Notes: generated by a model from the sequence alone, not told the origin. A stretch of DNA of 43,814 nucleotides from Basidiobolus meristosporus CBS 931.73 (GCA_002104905.1 MCFE01000703.1:1-43814), one strand, 5' to 3'. Shown: positions 9,986-22,628, numbered from the stretch's first letter. Program-made: numbers and translations.

Positions 9986-12900
9986 AAAGTTGAGAGGGTT
10001 CTCCTGAATCTCTTTTCTTATGATACCAATATCTTGATGGTTCAGTATTAACAGCAAGTCTTGCAAGCTTGAGTCTGTCCCTATGCACTAAGTCTTCCCG
10101 GATATTGCCTTGTTTGTCCACCAGTTGGTAAGTTGCAAATGGACATTCTCTGATGATCTTGAATGGTCCTGTCCATTGTGGCTCAAACTTCTTCTGAGTG
10201 TTGTTTCTTAGCAATACAAAGTTCCCAACTGTCAATGCTTCTGGTGCTATAGTCTTATCAAATCTCTGCTTCATCTTTTCTGCGCTTTGAGATACTTTGG
10301 TCTGTGCCTCTTGACATCTTTGTTCCAGTTGTTGGTGTCTACTTGGCTGACTGAGTTCATCTTCTAAGGTGTCTGTAAGTTTTGGTTGTGTGAGATCTCC
10401 TGGAATCCTTGGTTCACATCCATAAACTAACTAAAATGGTGATTGCTGGGTGGTGTTGTGTACTCTGACTCTGCATGCAAAGATTGCTTGGTCTATATAC
10501 TCATCCCATCTACTGACAACTCCATTTGCATACTCGGTCAGCATTTTTCCAAATAATCCATTAAACCGCTCAGTGACTCCATTAGTTCTGGGGTGATATG
10601 CCAAGGTTTTCAAGTGTCTGATCTGCTGCATTTCCAGGTAAGCCTCTAATGTCTATGCCATAAAGTTTGCACCTCTATTGGATAAGATCTCCACAGGGCA
10701 TCCAAACTTCATCAAGATCTCATGGTAAATGAAACTTGCAACTTCTTGTTCACTGGCTATTGGTACAGCTTTAGCAACTGGTCATTTAATGGCATGGTCA
10801 ATTGCAACTAGGATCCAACGGTTGCATTTCCTGGTAGTTGGCAGTCTTCCAATAAAGTCAATTCCCCATCTCTCAAATGGTCTTACAGGCTCCAAAGGGA
10901 AGAGTTCAGCAATTCTTTGTGGCTGGCCTTGATTGATTTGGCAGTTTGGGCATGTTTTTACTAGCTTCTCAATGTCTTGTTTCATTCTGGGCCATCATGC
11001 TCTGGCTTTCACAAGGCTATAGATTCCTTCAATCCCAAGATGTCCATATCCATTGTGTAGCTTATGTATTAAATCCAGGCAAGCAACATAAGGACAATAG
11101 GCAATAGGGCTTCCATCAACAATTTGGTAGAGTGTTTCATCCTGTACAACAAATTTGCTGGCTTCATCATGGATTATCTTCTTGATATCTTCATCCACCT
11201 CATTAGGAATGGCTTGGTCCTCCAAGTACTTTGGTAATAGGCTAGGCCAATCTGATTCATGCACCAAGTTGAGTTGTGCAACTTGATCTAATCTTGATAA
11301 GGCATCAGCAACCATGTTGTTTTTTCCAGGGCAGTAGACAATCTCCAGGTCAAATTGCTGAATGTATTCACTCCATCTTGTCATTCTTCTAGAGAGTACC
11401 TTCTGAGTAAATATATACTTGAGGGAGGCATGATCAGTCTTCACAGTGCATTTGACTCCTTCAATATAGCATCTCCATGTCTTCAAACAGTGTATTATAG
11501 CAAGCATCTCCTTCTCATGGACTGGATAGTTTTGTTCTGCTGAGTTCAGTTTCTTGGATTCAAAGGCAACAAGGTAGTCCTTTCCCTCGTGTTCTTGACT
11601 CAGCACTCCACCAATTGCCTAATCTGAAGCATCTGTGCACAGAGTGAACTCTTTTCTGAAGTCTGGTATTCTTAGGCTTGGCAGCTTAGCAAGTTCATTC
11701 TTGAGCGTCTGGAAGGCAGTCTCACAAGCTATGTCCCACTTGTAGGTATTGTCTTTCTTGAGGATATCAGTTAAAGGGGCTGCAATACTTGCAAAAGACT
11801 TGACAAATCTCCGATAATAGGAAACCATTCCAAGGAATGATCTGAGTTCTGATATGCTATGGGGCTGCTTCAAATTCTTGATTACTTCCACCTTCTTTGG
11901 GTCTAAGGTTACTCCTGTGCTAGTCACTAGACTTGTTCCGTTGGATAGTGCCACATTGTGCCATGAGTGCCAAATAGTGCAATAGTGTGCCTGAGAGTCA
12001 TAGCAGACCTAAACTTGGCCACAGAGTGTGGCATATAGTTCTTCATATTCATGCAAAGCAGCCCCTGTGTTTCACCTACTGTGCGGGAGAAAATCAGTTT
12101 TTTAACCTTTTTTTTGGGATCAAAATTGTGCATGACATAATAGAGCACAGACAGACTGAAGATATGCATCTGGTACACAATACCCATGGCACTCTTAATC
12201 TAGCCCCACAGGCTTGTAGCATGTCACAAAAGTGCATGGCACTATCTTGGTCCACTGGTACTATCTGGCACTATAAGTCCTTTGTATAGGTTCTACTTTA
12301 GGGCTAATATTTAAATATAGTGCCAGATAGTACCAGTGGACCAAGATAGTGCCATGCATTTTTGTGACATGCTACAAGCCTGTGGGGCTAGATTTAGAGT
12401 GCCATGGGTATTATGTACCAGATGCATATCTTCAGTATGTCTGTGCTCTTTTATGTCATGCATAATTTTGATCCCAAAAAAAAGGTTAAAAAACTGATTT
12501 TCTCCCGCACAGTAGGTGAAACACAGGGGCTGCTTTGCATGAATATGCATAACTATATGTCTCACTTTGTGGCCAAGTTTAGGTCTTCTATGACTCTCAG
12601 GCACACTATGGCACTATTTGGCACTCATGGCTCATTGTGGCACTATCCAACGGAACAAGTCTACTATGTGTCCCAGGTATTCAACGTGCTCCTTGAAGAA
12701 TTCGCACTTGGCTAGCTTGCCATATAGCTTGTTCTCTCTTAGTTTCTTCAAGACCTTTTCAATGTGCACTACGTGATCCTCTTCTGTTGTGCTGTATATC
12801 AATATGTCATCCAGGTAGATTATCACAAACTTGTCTAAGTACTCCTGAAAGACAGTCTGCATCAGCGTCATGAATGTTGCAGGGGCATTGGTGAGGCCAA

Positions 12901-13879
12901 AACTCATGACTAAGTACTCATAATGTCCATATCTGGTCCTGAATGCTGTCTTAGGGATATCTTCTGGTTTCACCCTAATCTGGTTGTATCCTGACATGAG
13001 GTCAATCTTGCTGAAAATAGTGGCTCCATTAAGTTGGTCCAAAAGCTCATCAATCCGGGGTATAGGGTACTTATTCTTGACGGTAACTGAGTTCAGGGCT
13101 CTGTAGTCAATGCGCATCCTAAGTGTTCCATCCTTCTTTTTCACAAAAAGCACTGGTGCTCCCCAGGGTGACTTGCTGGGCCTGATGTATCCTTGCTCCA
13201 ATAGCTGATCAATTTGTCTCTTCATTTCCTCCAATTCCAATGGACTCATTCTGTAAGGTGTCTTGCTCACTGGAGGGCTATCTCCTGTGTCAATGGCATG
13301 ATCCATGTCTCTGACTGGTGGTAGGCTTACAAGCTCATCTGGAAACACTTCTGAATATTTCTTCAAGAGAGTCTGGACCTGCTGGGGTGCTGGGGTAGAG
13401 GAATCCCCCTGTAATACCGCCATGAGGAACATCTCGGTACTTCTTCTAAGTGCTCTACATAACTGGGTCTTGCTAAGTTCACTTGTCTCATACATACTGG
13501 AATTGACCAAGTTGAAATCCAGCCTGGCAGGTAATAGCTCATAGGTCTTGTTGTCTTTTTGGATCTGAGTAGCATGGGTTCTCCAGCTGATTGATGGATT
13601 ACAACAAAATAGCCAGGTTTTTCCAAGTACAAGGTCAAACTTGCAGTTCCCAAATATATAAGGCTGTAGGTCTTCTTCATAGTCATTGATCTTCATTCTT
13701 ACTGGCTGGGTAATATGGTTGATTATGTGGGAGTTCCCATCAGCTGTGGAAACTGAAGTTGATTTGGTAGGTTCCGAGTTGATTCCAGCTTTCAAAGCAA
13801 ATTGCTCTGACATGTACTCATGCGATGCTCCTGAGTCAATCATGATCTTGGCAGGTACTCCATTGATTACTCCATTCAA
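9984..13879 (-). pseudogene. pol: gypsy pol (PR-RT-RNaseH-IN), five in-frame stops, interrupted by fold-back insertion
   Basis: IDSGASH (protease), YLDDILIYS (RT), DASD.AIGGVLSQ (RNase H), GHLG...CPNC and IDFIG...TNGVTERFN (integrase), WTGPFKI (GPY/F); a single frame once the 737-bp insertion plus TSD is removed. Confidence 0.95.
11929..12662. mobile_element. 734-bp fold-back (hairpin) non-autonomous DNA transposon, TSD ACT
   Basis: Arms 11929-12275 and 12316-12662 (347 bp each, about 15 mismatches by manual alignment), 40-bp spacer; ACT at 11926-11928 and 12663-12665; removal restores YLGHIV-TSTGV; termini AGACTTGTTCCGTTGGATAGTGCCA match 28429-28453. Confidence 0.95.
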
Positions 13880-14854
13880 CTACAATAACTTCCATGAGTT
13901 TGAAGTCATTTGGGACAAGTACTCTTCTGTCATATGGAAGGTGAGTTCCAAGTCTTCTTCAAGCTCATCTTCCACATTACTGTGTTCATGGGACTCAATA
14001 TAGTTGAAGGTTCTTGTTGGCTGGTGTCCATTTCTTCTCTGAGGGCAGTACTTTGCAATATGTCCCTGCTGGTGGCAATTGAAGCAAAGTCCTCTCTTCT
14101 TGCATTCTTCTGAGGAGGGATTCTTCTGCATAGCGTCTGTTTCCATTGGTACTGCTTCTGATTGTCTTCTTTCATAATGATTGTAGCCTTTCTGATTAGT
14201 CACTGTAGGCTTCACAACTCCAAACATAGCTGAGTCATAGTCAATGGCTATCTTGATGGCTTCTTCAATAGTCTGAGGTCTTTGGTAATTGACTTCCTTG
14301 CAAGTTCTTTCTTTCAACCCATCAATAAAGTATTCAACTTGATCCAAGGGGTCCATTCTTTCAATTTGTCCAAGTAGACATCTGTACTCATAGATGTATT
14401 CTTGCACCATTCCTTTCTGTCTGAGTGTCTTTAACTTCCTTCTTAGTAGTGTCTGCTGGTGTGGAGGTTCAAAAGCATCCTGAATATCCGACACAAACTC
14501 ATCCCAGGTAGAGATTGTAGAGCATCCCATCATAGTAGCTGACCTGATCTTGTTGTGGTACCACTGTAAAGCTGCATCTGCCATGTAAGCAGCTGCATAA
14601 TGCAACTTGCTCTCTGGAGCAATTCCTTTAGCTTTAAAAGCTTCTTCAATCTGAAAGAGCCAAGTTCCCAGGTTTTCATTGACTCTGCCATGGTACCGGT
14701 TGACCTTCACACTAAAGTTGCTCTTGACAGGGCTTTGCTGGCTCTGAGCCATGGTAGTCATTCCTTGTTGCTGTTGCCTGAGGATCTGGAGTAGCTGTTG
14801 CTGTTGGGCCAGGATTTGCTGCATGGCATTCTTCCATTCTTGATTGTCTGACAT
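13880..14854 (-). CDS. gag: gypsy Gag (324 aa, capsid plus CCHC zinc knuckle)
   Basis: Intact ORF; retrotransposon gag motifs (WLFQIE, ALQWY, LRQKGMVQEY) and CFNCHQQGHIAKYC. Confidence 0.92.
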   Translation of the reverse strand: MSDNQEWKNAMQQILAQQQQLLQILRQQQQGMTTMAQSQQSPVKSNFSVKVNRYHGRVNENLGTWLFQIEEAFKAKGIAPESKLHYAAAYMADAALQWYHNKIRSATMMGCSTISTWDEFVSDIQDAFEPPHQQTLLRRKLKTLRQKGMVQEYIYEYRCLLGQIERMDPLDQVEYFIDGLKERTCKEVNYQRPQTIEEAIKIAIDYDSAMFGVVKPTVTNQKGYNHYERRQSEAVPMETDAMQKNPSSEECKKRGLCFNCHQQGHIAKYCPQRRNGHQPTRTFNYIESHEHSNVEDELEEDLELTFHMTEEYLSQMTSNSWKLL

Positions 14855-14900
14855 CTTGAGGGTGGTATCTTCTTTCTTCAGGAGGGAGGTTTCTAGTTAT

Positions 14901-14911
14901 TGCTGCTACCA
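14901..14911 (-). promoter_or_regulatory. primer-binding site TGGTAGCAGCA (likely tRNA-iMet 3' end)
   Basis: Starts TGG 1 nt from the 5' LTR; TGGTAGC matches known initiator-Met PBSs; tRNA identity is inferred. Confidence 0.75.
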
Positions 14912-14912
14912 A

Positions 14913-15280
14913 TGTTACAAGTCTTGGTATAAGAGTTGTAGAGGAATAGGGAGTTTAGCTAGTATTGTATTCACTAAAACTTGAACTGATTTTTATTAAG
15001 GTTCCAGCAGCTCCTTATATACATTTTGCCAGATCAATTACTGACTAATTGTATTTCCTAATGTAGGTTATGGCTGATGACTCATTTGATTGCATCATCA
15101 TCACCCAATAAGATCCTACTTAATATATCTAATTCTGTCTGATAAGGATCTGCTGATTCATTTGCTGACTAATGCTACTGATTTCATAGATAATACTGAT
15201 AAACTGATAACCTAAACATATACTAATTGACTTGACTAAAAACTGATCTAACTTACACATTCAAGCGGCAGATCATAACA
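14913..15280 (-). repeat. 5' LTR (368 bp)
   Basis: 8 substitutions versus the 3' LTR apart from the 124-bp duplication. Confidence 0.95.
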
Positions 15281-18200
15281 CATTGGCCAGAATTTGGAAT
15301 TAACTGAGAACCAGAGATATTCAAGAAAGAGGGTATCTATTGGAGCAAAAGCTTTCCACTGGTGGCAATGTATTTGCTTTTCAACAATATCCCTATACTG
15401 ATGATCAAGTTGTCCCCAGGACATTTTAAGCCAAATGAGCCCTTTGAGAAACTGGAGAAGTTTGCAAGAATTGACAAGATATTACACAGCTTCTGCTACC
15501 CTAAGTCCATCACATGTGCTCCAAACAACATTCATATTCATATGAAACAGTACAAGTGCAAGAGCTGGATGAACTGGATATGTATTTGTTCAAGTGGACT
15601 TTGGAAGCCATTTCTACCAAGAGTACATTGGAAGCACTGGGAGTCATTTGTGAGCATTGTACCAATATTTATCCAGAATTGGAGCACCATTAATAACTTG
15701 ATGCATCTACAGCTTTTGTGCAAGGAGTTTGTAATGGGAAATGAGTGGCTATACTAAATACATAAAGCAGAATGTACAGATCTCTGCTGCTACTGTATCC
15801 ATTCTCTACTCCATCTTGCACAGTGTGTGGAGAATATTGGGCCTTACTTCACCTTTTGGGAGCTTTCTATGGAGCAGATGTGTAGGGAGGTAGCAAGACA
15901 AGTCAAGTTGCAGGTACCATCATACTCCAATTTTATCAAGAATATTGCCTTCAAGTCTGTCATAGATTTGATGAGTTGGCACATGGAGGACAGCCGGGAA
16001 GAGTTTGAAAATACTGAGGACAGATGTGCACATGGAGACACCTATGCCTATGGCACTAAGAAGCTAAGCAGCCCCAATGAGTGGGTAATCATTAAGTAAT
16101 CTGAAGTTAGTCTGGGCTCAACTAACAATTAGTTCTTATTTGGAAAACTCTACCAAGGTATGCTGGATCTCTCTTGGTCACAAGCCAACTTCTACACCAT
16201 TCATTATGGAGCTCAAACAAACAAGAGCTAGAGCGCACCTATATGGGGGACTAGAATCCAGCAGGGAGAAGGAATATAATGGCCAAATACCAAGAAGTTC
16301 TTTGCCAATATTGAGGAGGTACTCATGGCAGAAGTGGCTGCAGCCAAGCATGTGTTTGCAAGATGTATATGTTACCAGCAATACAAGGTACATGGCAGCT
16401 TTGCAAGTATCACACTAAAATGCCATAAAGCTGAGGTGATAGATGTGTGTCAATTGTGGCAAGTGTGCAAGCTTTTAGAGGTTAGTAAGCAGGAAGCTAT
16501 AGTTTTTTTTGATTCAAACTATATGTGGAATACCCAAGGCAGTAGTGGGTAAGCAAGTAAGGAGGAGTGATTCCATAGTAGAATATATGAATTGCACAAG
16601 GGGAGGTAAAAAAGAAACCACCATTTGGTAAATTAATACCGCAGCATTATACAGAACTAGCTGTAGGCTACCATACTGCTGTAACAATGACATCAGAGGC
16701 TTATAATGAGGCCACAAAACCCCGTCAAGTTATTGCCATTTAGGCAATTAGATGTACTGTCCAGTTAGATCCACTCCAATAGTTGCAGTGTGCACTAAGA
16801 CTGCAACAGTGCCATGCCACCACTGGCAAAACAGTGCCTAAACACTTTCAAGCATTTTAACTTCATTTGGCAGTAAAATTAGCTAAATACCATTGTGATC
16901 CCTTTATGTGATCATGTAGAGTGTCATTAATTGCAAGCTGGTTGTATTATATCAGCCTCCTGATAGGATCCCAACAGCTGATCTAGATTGGATTTACCCA
17001 CAGGACCAAATTATTTTAGGTTTAGGGCTACCCTAAGTGACTTAGTTTTTAGCATAATCTGAAGTGTGACACTTTTCCAACAGTGTTTGCACAGGTGTCC
17101 TTATTGCACCAAGTCATGGGATTTCAGTTCCATCTCAGTAATACATAGGTGGCTTTTGATTGGTTCTCTACCAATTCTCTCACTTTCTAATTCTGCGTAC
17201 TCAATCACCTCCTATATCTGTGTACATGGATTGGCTTTTGCCTCTTTGTCACACTCTGTACTTCCTGACTTAACCAGTTTTCTTACTTTCATGTGTACAA
17301 ATTGATCTATTTCTGTTGAAACATCAGTTGTACCTCAATTGGAAATTGTTTTGACATCTACTAACTCCTACACCCAACACCAACTTTAATCTCAAACCCA
17401 CCCTCAACAAGTAACTCCTTTAAAATCCACTGGTCAATAAGTATTACCACTGTAATGCCCTTTCCCATGATGTTTGTGGGAACCCTACTGCTTTATGCCA
17501 CTGGTAATTCTCTGGTTCCCATATGTCTTGGTTTTCAGCCAACACTACAAGGTCTAGCACCTCATCTGCCAGTCATTGCAATAAATCCTGCAAAATTAAA
17601 GTGCATTTTCTTGAGCACTGCTCTTGAGGATGCACTACAACCTCATGGTGCACCCATTAATGTTCCACAATTCCACTGTAGGCATTGTGACAGTCTTTTG
17701 GGCTCATAATGTTGTTACTTTGTTTGTAAGTGGGGCCTCTACTTTGTCTACAGAGGAGTATGTGGAGGCAGTGGTAGACAAATTGCTTTTCTCTGCAAAG
17801 TCATCTACCTCACTGTAGTGTAGCTCATCTGGCTGTACTTCCAACCTTTAAGAAAACAGCTGCTGTCTTGTTAGTATTTCTTCTTGGCAACTTTAGAGCT
17901 CTGCCTGTTCTGGGCTGATGGTATCAGCTGGTAAGAACTGGTGATTTTTCTGCTTACTTCCCTGTCTCTATTTTAGGTAAACTTCTTGCTCTTTACTTAT
18001 ACCATTATCACTACCAAGTCTTTCACTGCTACTTTGAATGAGTGCTTCTTGTATTGTACTTTGCCCTGTCCTGGATGAATGCTGTGTTGGTGCATCCATT
18101 CTTGCCTGCTTATCCCTTACTGGCACTCTCCTGGCCACCAGACTTTTCTTTGCCACTTGCCTAGAACTTTCTGCCCTGCTTGTGATGGGCTCCTGAGGAT

Positions 18201-18324
18201 GACTCTGGTTTTTAGCCATGGTACCCTAATTTTTCTGCCTTTGATACTTGCTGCTATTTGTGAGATACTTTCTAAGCTTACCATTGCTAGCCCAAAATCT
18301 GTTTGCCTACTTTAATCCAGGATA

Positions 18325-18693
18325 TGTTGCAATTTAAGAAGTGATTTGGATACAGGGAACTTATCAAGAAATAGTGATAATAGTTGAACTGTTGTTTATT
18401 CATAAAGAAGCTCAGTATTTTTACCTTTGTAGAAGTAATACAGCTGTAACACTAAGTAGGGAGGGTTTCTCAATGTTCAGGAGCATTCTGTAACAGTTTC
18501 AGGGTTAGTACATAATGTTTGCTAATAGTGCTAATTTGATCCTGACTATAGGGGAATAATCATAAGATCATATATCTGGAGAAAGTGGCAAAGTTAAGGC
18601 AGTAAATGAGTCCTACAGTTACTAAGACTTGTCAGGAATTGTTAAGTAAATTTTTAGTTGCTGAATGATACCAAATAGTCCAATATTTCAACA
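18325..18693 (-). repeat. Copia-A 3' LTR
   Basis: TGTTGCAA...TTTCAACA; PPT (TTAGGGGAAG) at 18694-18703. Confidence 0.95.
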
Positions 18694-18699
18694 CTTCCC

Positions 18700-21600
18700 C
18701 TAAACTAAATAATTTCTTAATCCCAATTTCTCTCTAAGGATCTCAAACTGTGGCCTAGCCAATGGTTTTGTCAATATGTCTGCCACCATTTTGTCAGTTG
18801 GGCAGTAAACTAACTCCACTAAGTTATTTTCTACTGCTTCCCTCAAAAAGTGATGCTGCATATCAATGTGCTTAGTTCTGGCATGATTAGTAGGATTTCT
18901 AGCTAATGAAATACAACTTTGATTATCCTTGTAAATACATGTTGGTTCACCTGAATTAGAGCCTAAGTCTTTGAATAATTTTTGTAGCCATATAGCCTCC
19001 TTAGTTGCTTGACATGCAGCCATATATTTGGCTTCAGTTGTTGATAGTGCCACAGTTGGTTGTTTCTTGCAATTCCAAGTAATAGCTGTATTAGCATAAA
19101 GAAATACATAGCTTGTGGTAGAGCATCTATCAATCAGATCCCTACCCCAATCTGAATCACTATAAACATCAAATTTTTGCCTATTAGCTGCTCCAGAGTA
19201 TTCCAGTACCATATTTATGGTATCTTTTAGATATCTGAAAATTGGCTTTACTGCTGCAATTTGATCTGATCCATAATTCTGCATGAATTGACTGACTATT
19301 TCAACTGCCACTGCAATATCTGGACGTGTTGACACCATCAAGTACATTAGGCTACCAACCATTGACTGATAGGGAAAGTTTTGGTCCATATTTGAGCCAT
19401 TTTCTTCTACAACTGGCTGAGATTTGCTTAATTTCAGGTTATTGTCCATAGGGGTTGCTGCAGGTTTGCAATTTTTCATTTTGAAGCGTCTAAGAATGTC
19501 CCTGATGTACTTAGACTGACTCAGCACAATTTTCTGAGTAGGTATGTCAAATTTGACCTCAATTCAAAGAAAATAGCTCAATTTTCCAAGATCTTTCATC
19601 TCAAACTTGCTGAAGAGATCTGATTTCATCTGTTTAAGTGCCTCTTGGTTACTAGTAGCTATAATTAGGTTGTCCACATAAAGAACTAGGATAATCACAC
19701 GCTTTTTGAGCTGTTTCACATGTATACTGTGATCTGCAGTGCTGCAAGAGAACCCAATTTCCTCTAGATATGTATCAATCTTGTTAAACCATGCTCTGGG
19801 TGCCTGCTTAAGCCCATACTACAATTTTCTAAGTTTGAACACCTTATGGGGGCCTTTTGGAGTGGTAAAATCTTCTGGTTGCTCCATATATATAGTTTCT
19901 TGCAAATCCCCATTTAGAAAGGCTGTTTTGACGTCCATTTAGTGTAGATCTTGACTGTGTACAGTTGCCAGTGCTAGAACTGTCCTAATAGAGTTAAACT
20001 TGGCAACCGGAGCATATGTTTCCTAAAAATCTAGTCCCTGGATCTGGGAATAGCCTTTAGCTACCAATCTAGCCTTGTACTCATCAACGGCACCATTTGA
20101 GGTTATCTTGATCTTGTAGACCCATCTACATCCTATTGGCTTTCTCCCATTTGGTAAATCTACCAGTTCCCACATCTTTGCCTTGATCAGTGATTGGTAC
20201 TCCTCCTGCATGGCTTGTTGCCACTTAGTAGCATCTGGACTTTGCATTGCCTGTTCCAGATTCTGAGGTGCGGCACATAAGGCAAGATAAGCTTCTTCAT
20301 GATCAATGGATGTCTGCCACCAGGATCCAGGGGCATTTCTTATTCTAGTAGATCTCCTAACTGGGATAATCTGTTCTGATCAGGAGCTGGTAGAAGCATC
20401 TTCCATATCTGGCTGGATTTGGTATGTATCTTCTCCATTAGTGTTGATTGCATCATCAGGCAGCTGAGCAATGACTTCTGTGGCTTTCTGATCTAAATTC
20501 TCCTCAAATACAACATCCCTACTCTTGATCAGCTTCAGAATTTTGCCATCATACACTCCATACCCTTTAGTATCTTCACAATACCCAAGAAAGATCCCTT
20601 TCCTACTCTATGGTTCCAACTTTGAGCATTTTTTGTCAGGCATGTGATAAAAAACATCACTGCCAAAGATCTTGAGGTGCTGGAGATCTGGTTTTTTGCC
20701 TGTGTATGCTTCAAAGGGTGTGGAATCACATTGTGCTGTTGTTGGGCATCTGTTCATGATATATACAGCGTTAGCAACAGATTCAGCTTAAACTTGTAGT
20801 CCATTCCCTTATCATGTAGCATAGATCTTCCCTTCTCTACTATCGTTCTATTTGCATGTGCTGCTACTCCATTTTGCTGTGGAGTATGAGGAACTGTGGT
20901 CTGTTGAAGTATACCAGTAGACAAGCAGTATTTTGCAAACTCCTTTGAGCAGTATTCTCCTCCATTGTCACTTTGTAGTACCTTCAATTTACACCCAGTT
21001 TAAGCTTCTGCCATGTTCTTGAAGTGCTTAAACATCTCTAAAGCTTCATCCTTTGTTTTGAGGAAGTACACCCATGTATATCTTGTCTTGTGATCAATAA
21101 ATGTCGTAAAGTATCTCTTGGCTCCAAAGGACAGTGTTCTCATGGGGCCACATATGTTTGAGTGTACAATAGCCAGTATTTTGGTGGTATTGATGCCTTC
21201 TGAGCTCTTGAAATGTTGCCTAGCTTGTTTACCATATGAACATCCCTTACAAACATTCAATTTGATTGGAATTGAGTATTTTAGGCCCAAAACAAGCTGA
21301 TTTTTCACCAATTGGCTCATTTTCTGTTCCCCAATGTGTCCTAGCCTCCTATGCCATGTTTCCCAGTTGGTTTCATCAGTTTTAGCAATGTTGACATATT
21401 CAGGTACAATGATCTTGCATTGTAACTTGTATATATTGTGATATTTGATCCCCAGAGCTAATTTTTGTCCATTTTCACTCAATATTGAGTAGCTCAGCTT
21501 AGTAAAAACAAATTTCAGTCCCTGAGTAGTTGCTTTACTGACTGAGAGTAGGTTCTTAGTTATTCCAGGTACATAGAGTATGTCAGTCAGTTTTGCCGTT

Positions 21601-22603
21601 GTTGTCCCTGAGTTATCACTCATATTTAGTTGTATAGACCCACTGACGGTAGCTTCCAGTGCAGATTTATCTCCTAGATAAACCTTTCTTACAGGAAAGC
21701 CTTTAAGTTGATGAACCAATCCTTTATACCACAAATATGCTGTGATGCTCCAGAGTCAATACACCATTCATTACTTTGGTTACTTGCACTCTCTTGTACA
21801 GTTACAAATAACTGATCATCAGTAGTTATATGGTTTGCCTCCTCTAGTCTCTGTTTTTTGTCTGCTTATTTCTTCTTGCATTCTCTTGCGCAGTGTCCTG
21901 GCTTTTTACAGTAGTTACAGCAGCCAGGTTTTCTTTGGTTTTGTTGCTTTCCCTTCTTTTCTGTGTGTCTTTCTGAACTGAATAAAGCATTATCTTCAAT
22001 TTTCTCTGCTTGATCATTACATCTGAGTTCTTCATGGAGTAGTCTTCCTTTGACATAGTCTAAAGTTAAGTTGTCTTCTCTGCTTTTGAAAGAAATTATG
22101 AGTGGCTCATACTTGTCTGGTAGGCTGCAAAGCAGACAGAGTATCTTTTCTTCATCATCTACACCTGCATTAATACTGTAAAGTTCTTCTGCAAGTGTCT
22201 CCATTCTGGTAATGAGTTGTAGCATGTCATCATATGGCTTCTTCCTCATGTTGAAGAACTTTTGTTTCATGTAAAGCTTGCTTGATACTGACTTTGCTCT
22301 AAAGATCTTCTCTAAGGATTCCCATGCTGCTTTGGCAGTATTTGGGGCATGGATTTGTCCAATGAAGGAGTCTTGCACATTGATGCATATGGCATTGAAG
22401 GCCTTTCTCTCCTTCTCTTAAAACTTCTCCACATCTTCTGCTGTTCCTTTAGGCTCAACTTCCTTTCCTGTTACTATGTTCCAAAGCTTTCTTTCCTCAA
22501 GGTGGATCTGCATCTTGATTCTCCAAAGTCTGTAACTCTTCCCATCAAACCTCTCCTTTACAGGGAAGATGTTGGTATTGCTTTGTTTGCTGGTAGAAGT
22601 CAT
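18700..22603 (-). pseudogene. Copia-A gag-pol polyprotein, fragmented
   Basis: CNYCKKPGHCAREC knuckle, [65 protein letters not shown]; several stops and frameshifts. Confidence 0.95.
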
Positions 22604-22628
22604 CTTTAGAATAGATTAAGGCAATTGA

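Larger units (their letters stand above)
9482..15280 (-). mobile_element. complete Ty3/gypsy LTR retrotransposon copy 2, 4-bp TSD CATT
   Basis: Paired LTRs, PBS, PPT, domain order gag-PR-RT-RH-IN; CATT at 9478-9481 and 15281-15284. Confidence 0.97.
8419..17027 (+). mobile_element. CMC copy I, right part (transposase remnant), interrupted by gypsy at 9482-15280
   Basis: 8480-9481 translates to LWSQVS...ALALDEFSL..SCWPLILLNLNL; 15281-16700 continues with LLHLAQCVENIGPYFTFWE; the host sequence is continuous across the gypsy TSD; ends with GGACCAAATTATTTT motif. Confidence 0.85.

Noticed and set aside
9974-10010. env-like ORF or chromodomain after the gypsy integrase
   Set aside because: The integrase stop overlaps the PPT; there is no room and no motif.
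11945-12660. Short GTGCCA/GGCACT repeats as a possible CRISPR-like array
   Set aside because: Motifs are 6-8 bp, irregularly spaced and in both orientations; they fit transposase-binding subterminal repeats, and there are no cas genes.
11927-12715. Mirror-image ORF pairs (11927..12187/12404..12715 and 11987..12289/12311..12604)
   Set aside because: They are by-products of the palindrome; no recognisable motifs and both strands are open only by symmetry.
17016-17036. TTAGG-TTTAGGG-CTA-CCCTAA as a telomere fusion or as two CMC ends sharing a 3-bp TSD
   Set aside because: Too short for a telomeric tract; copy IV lacks the ~55 terminal bases seen in copy II, so this CCC is internal and the junction is more likely a deletion.
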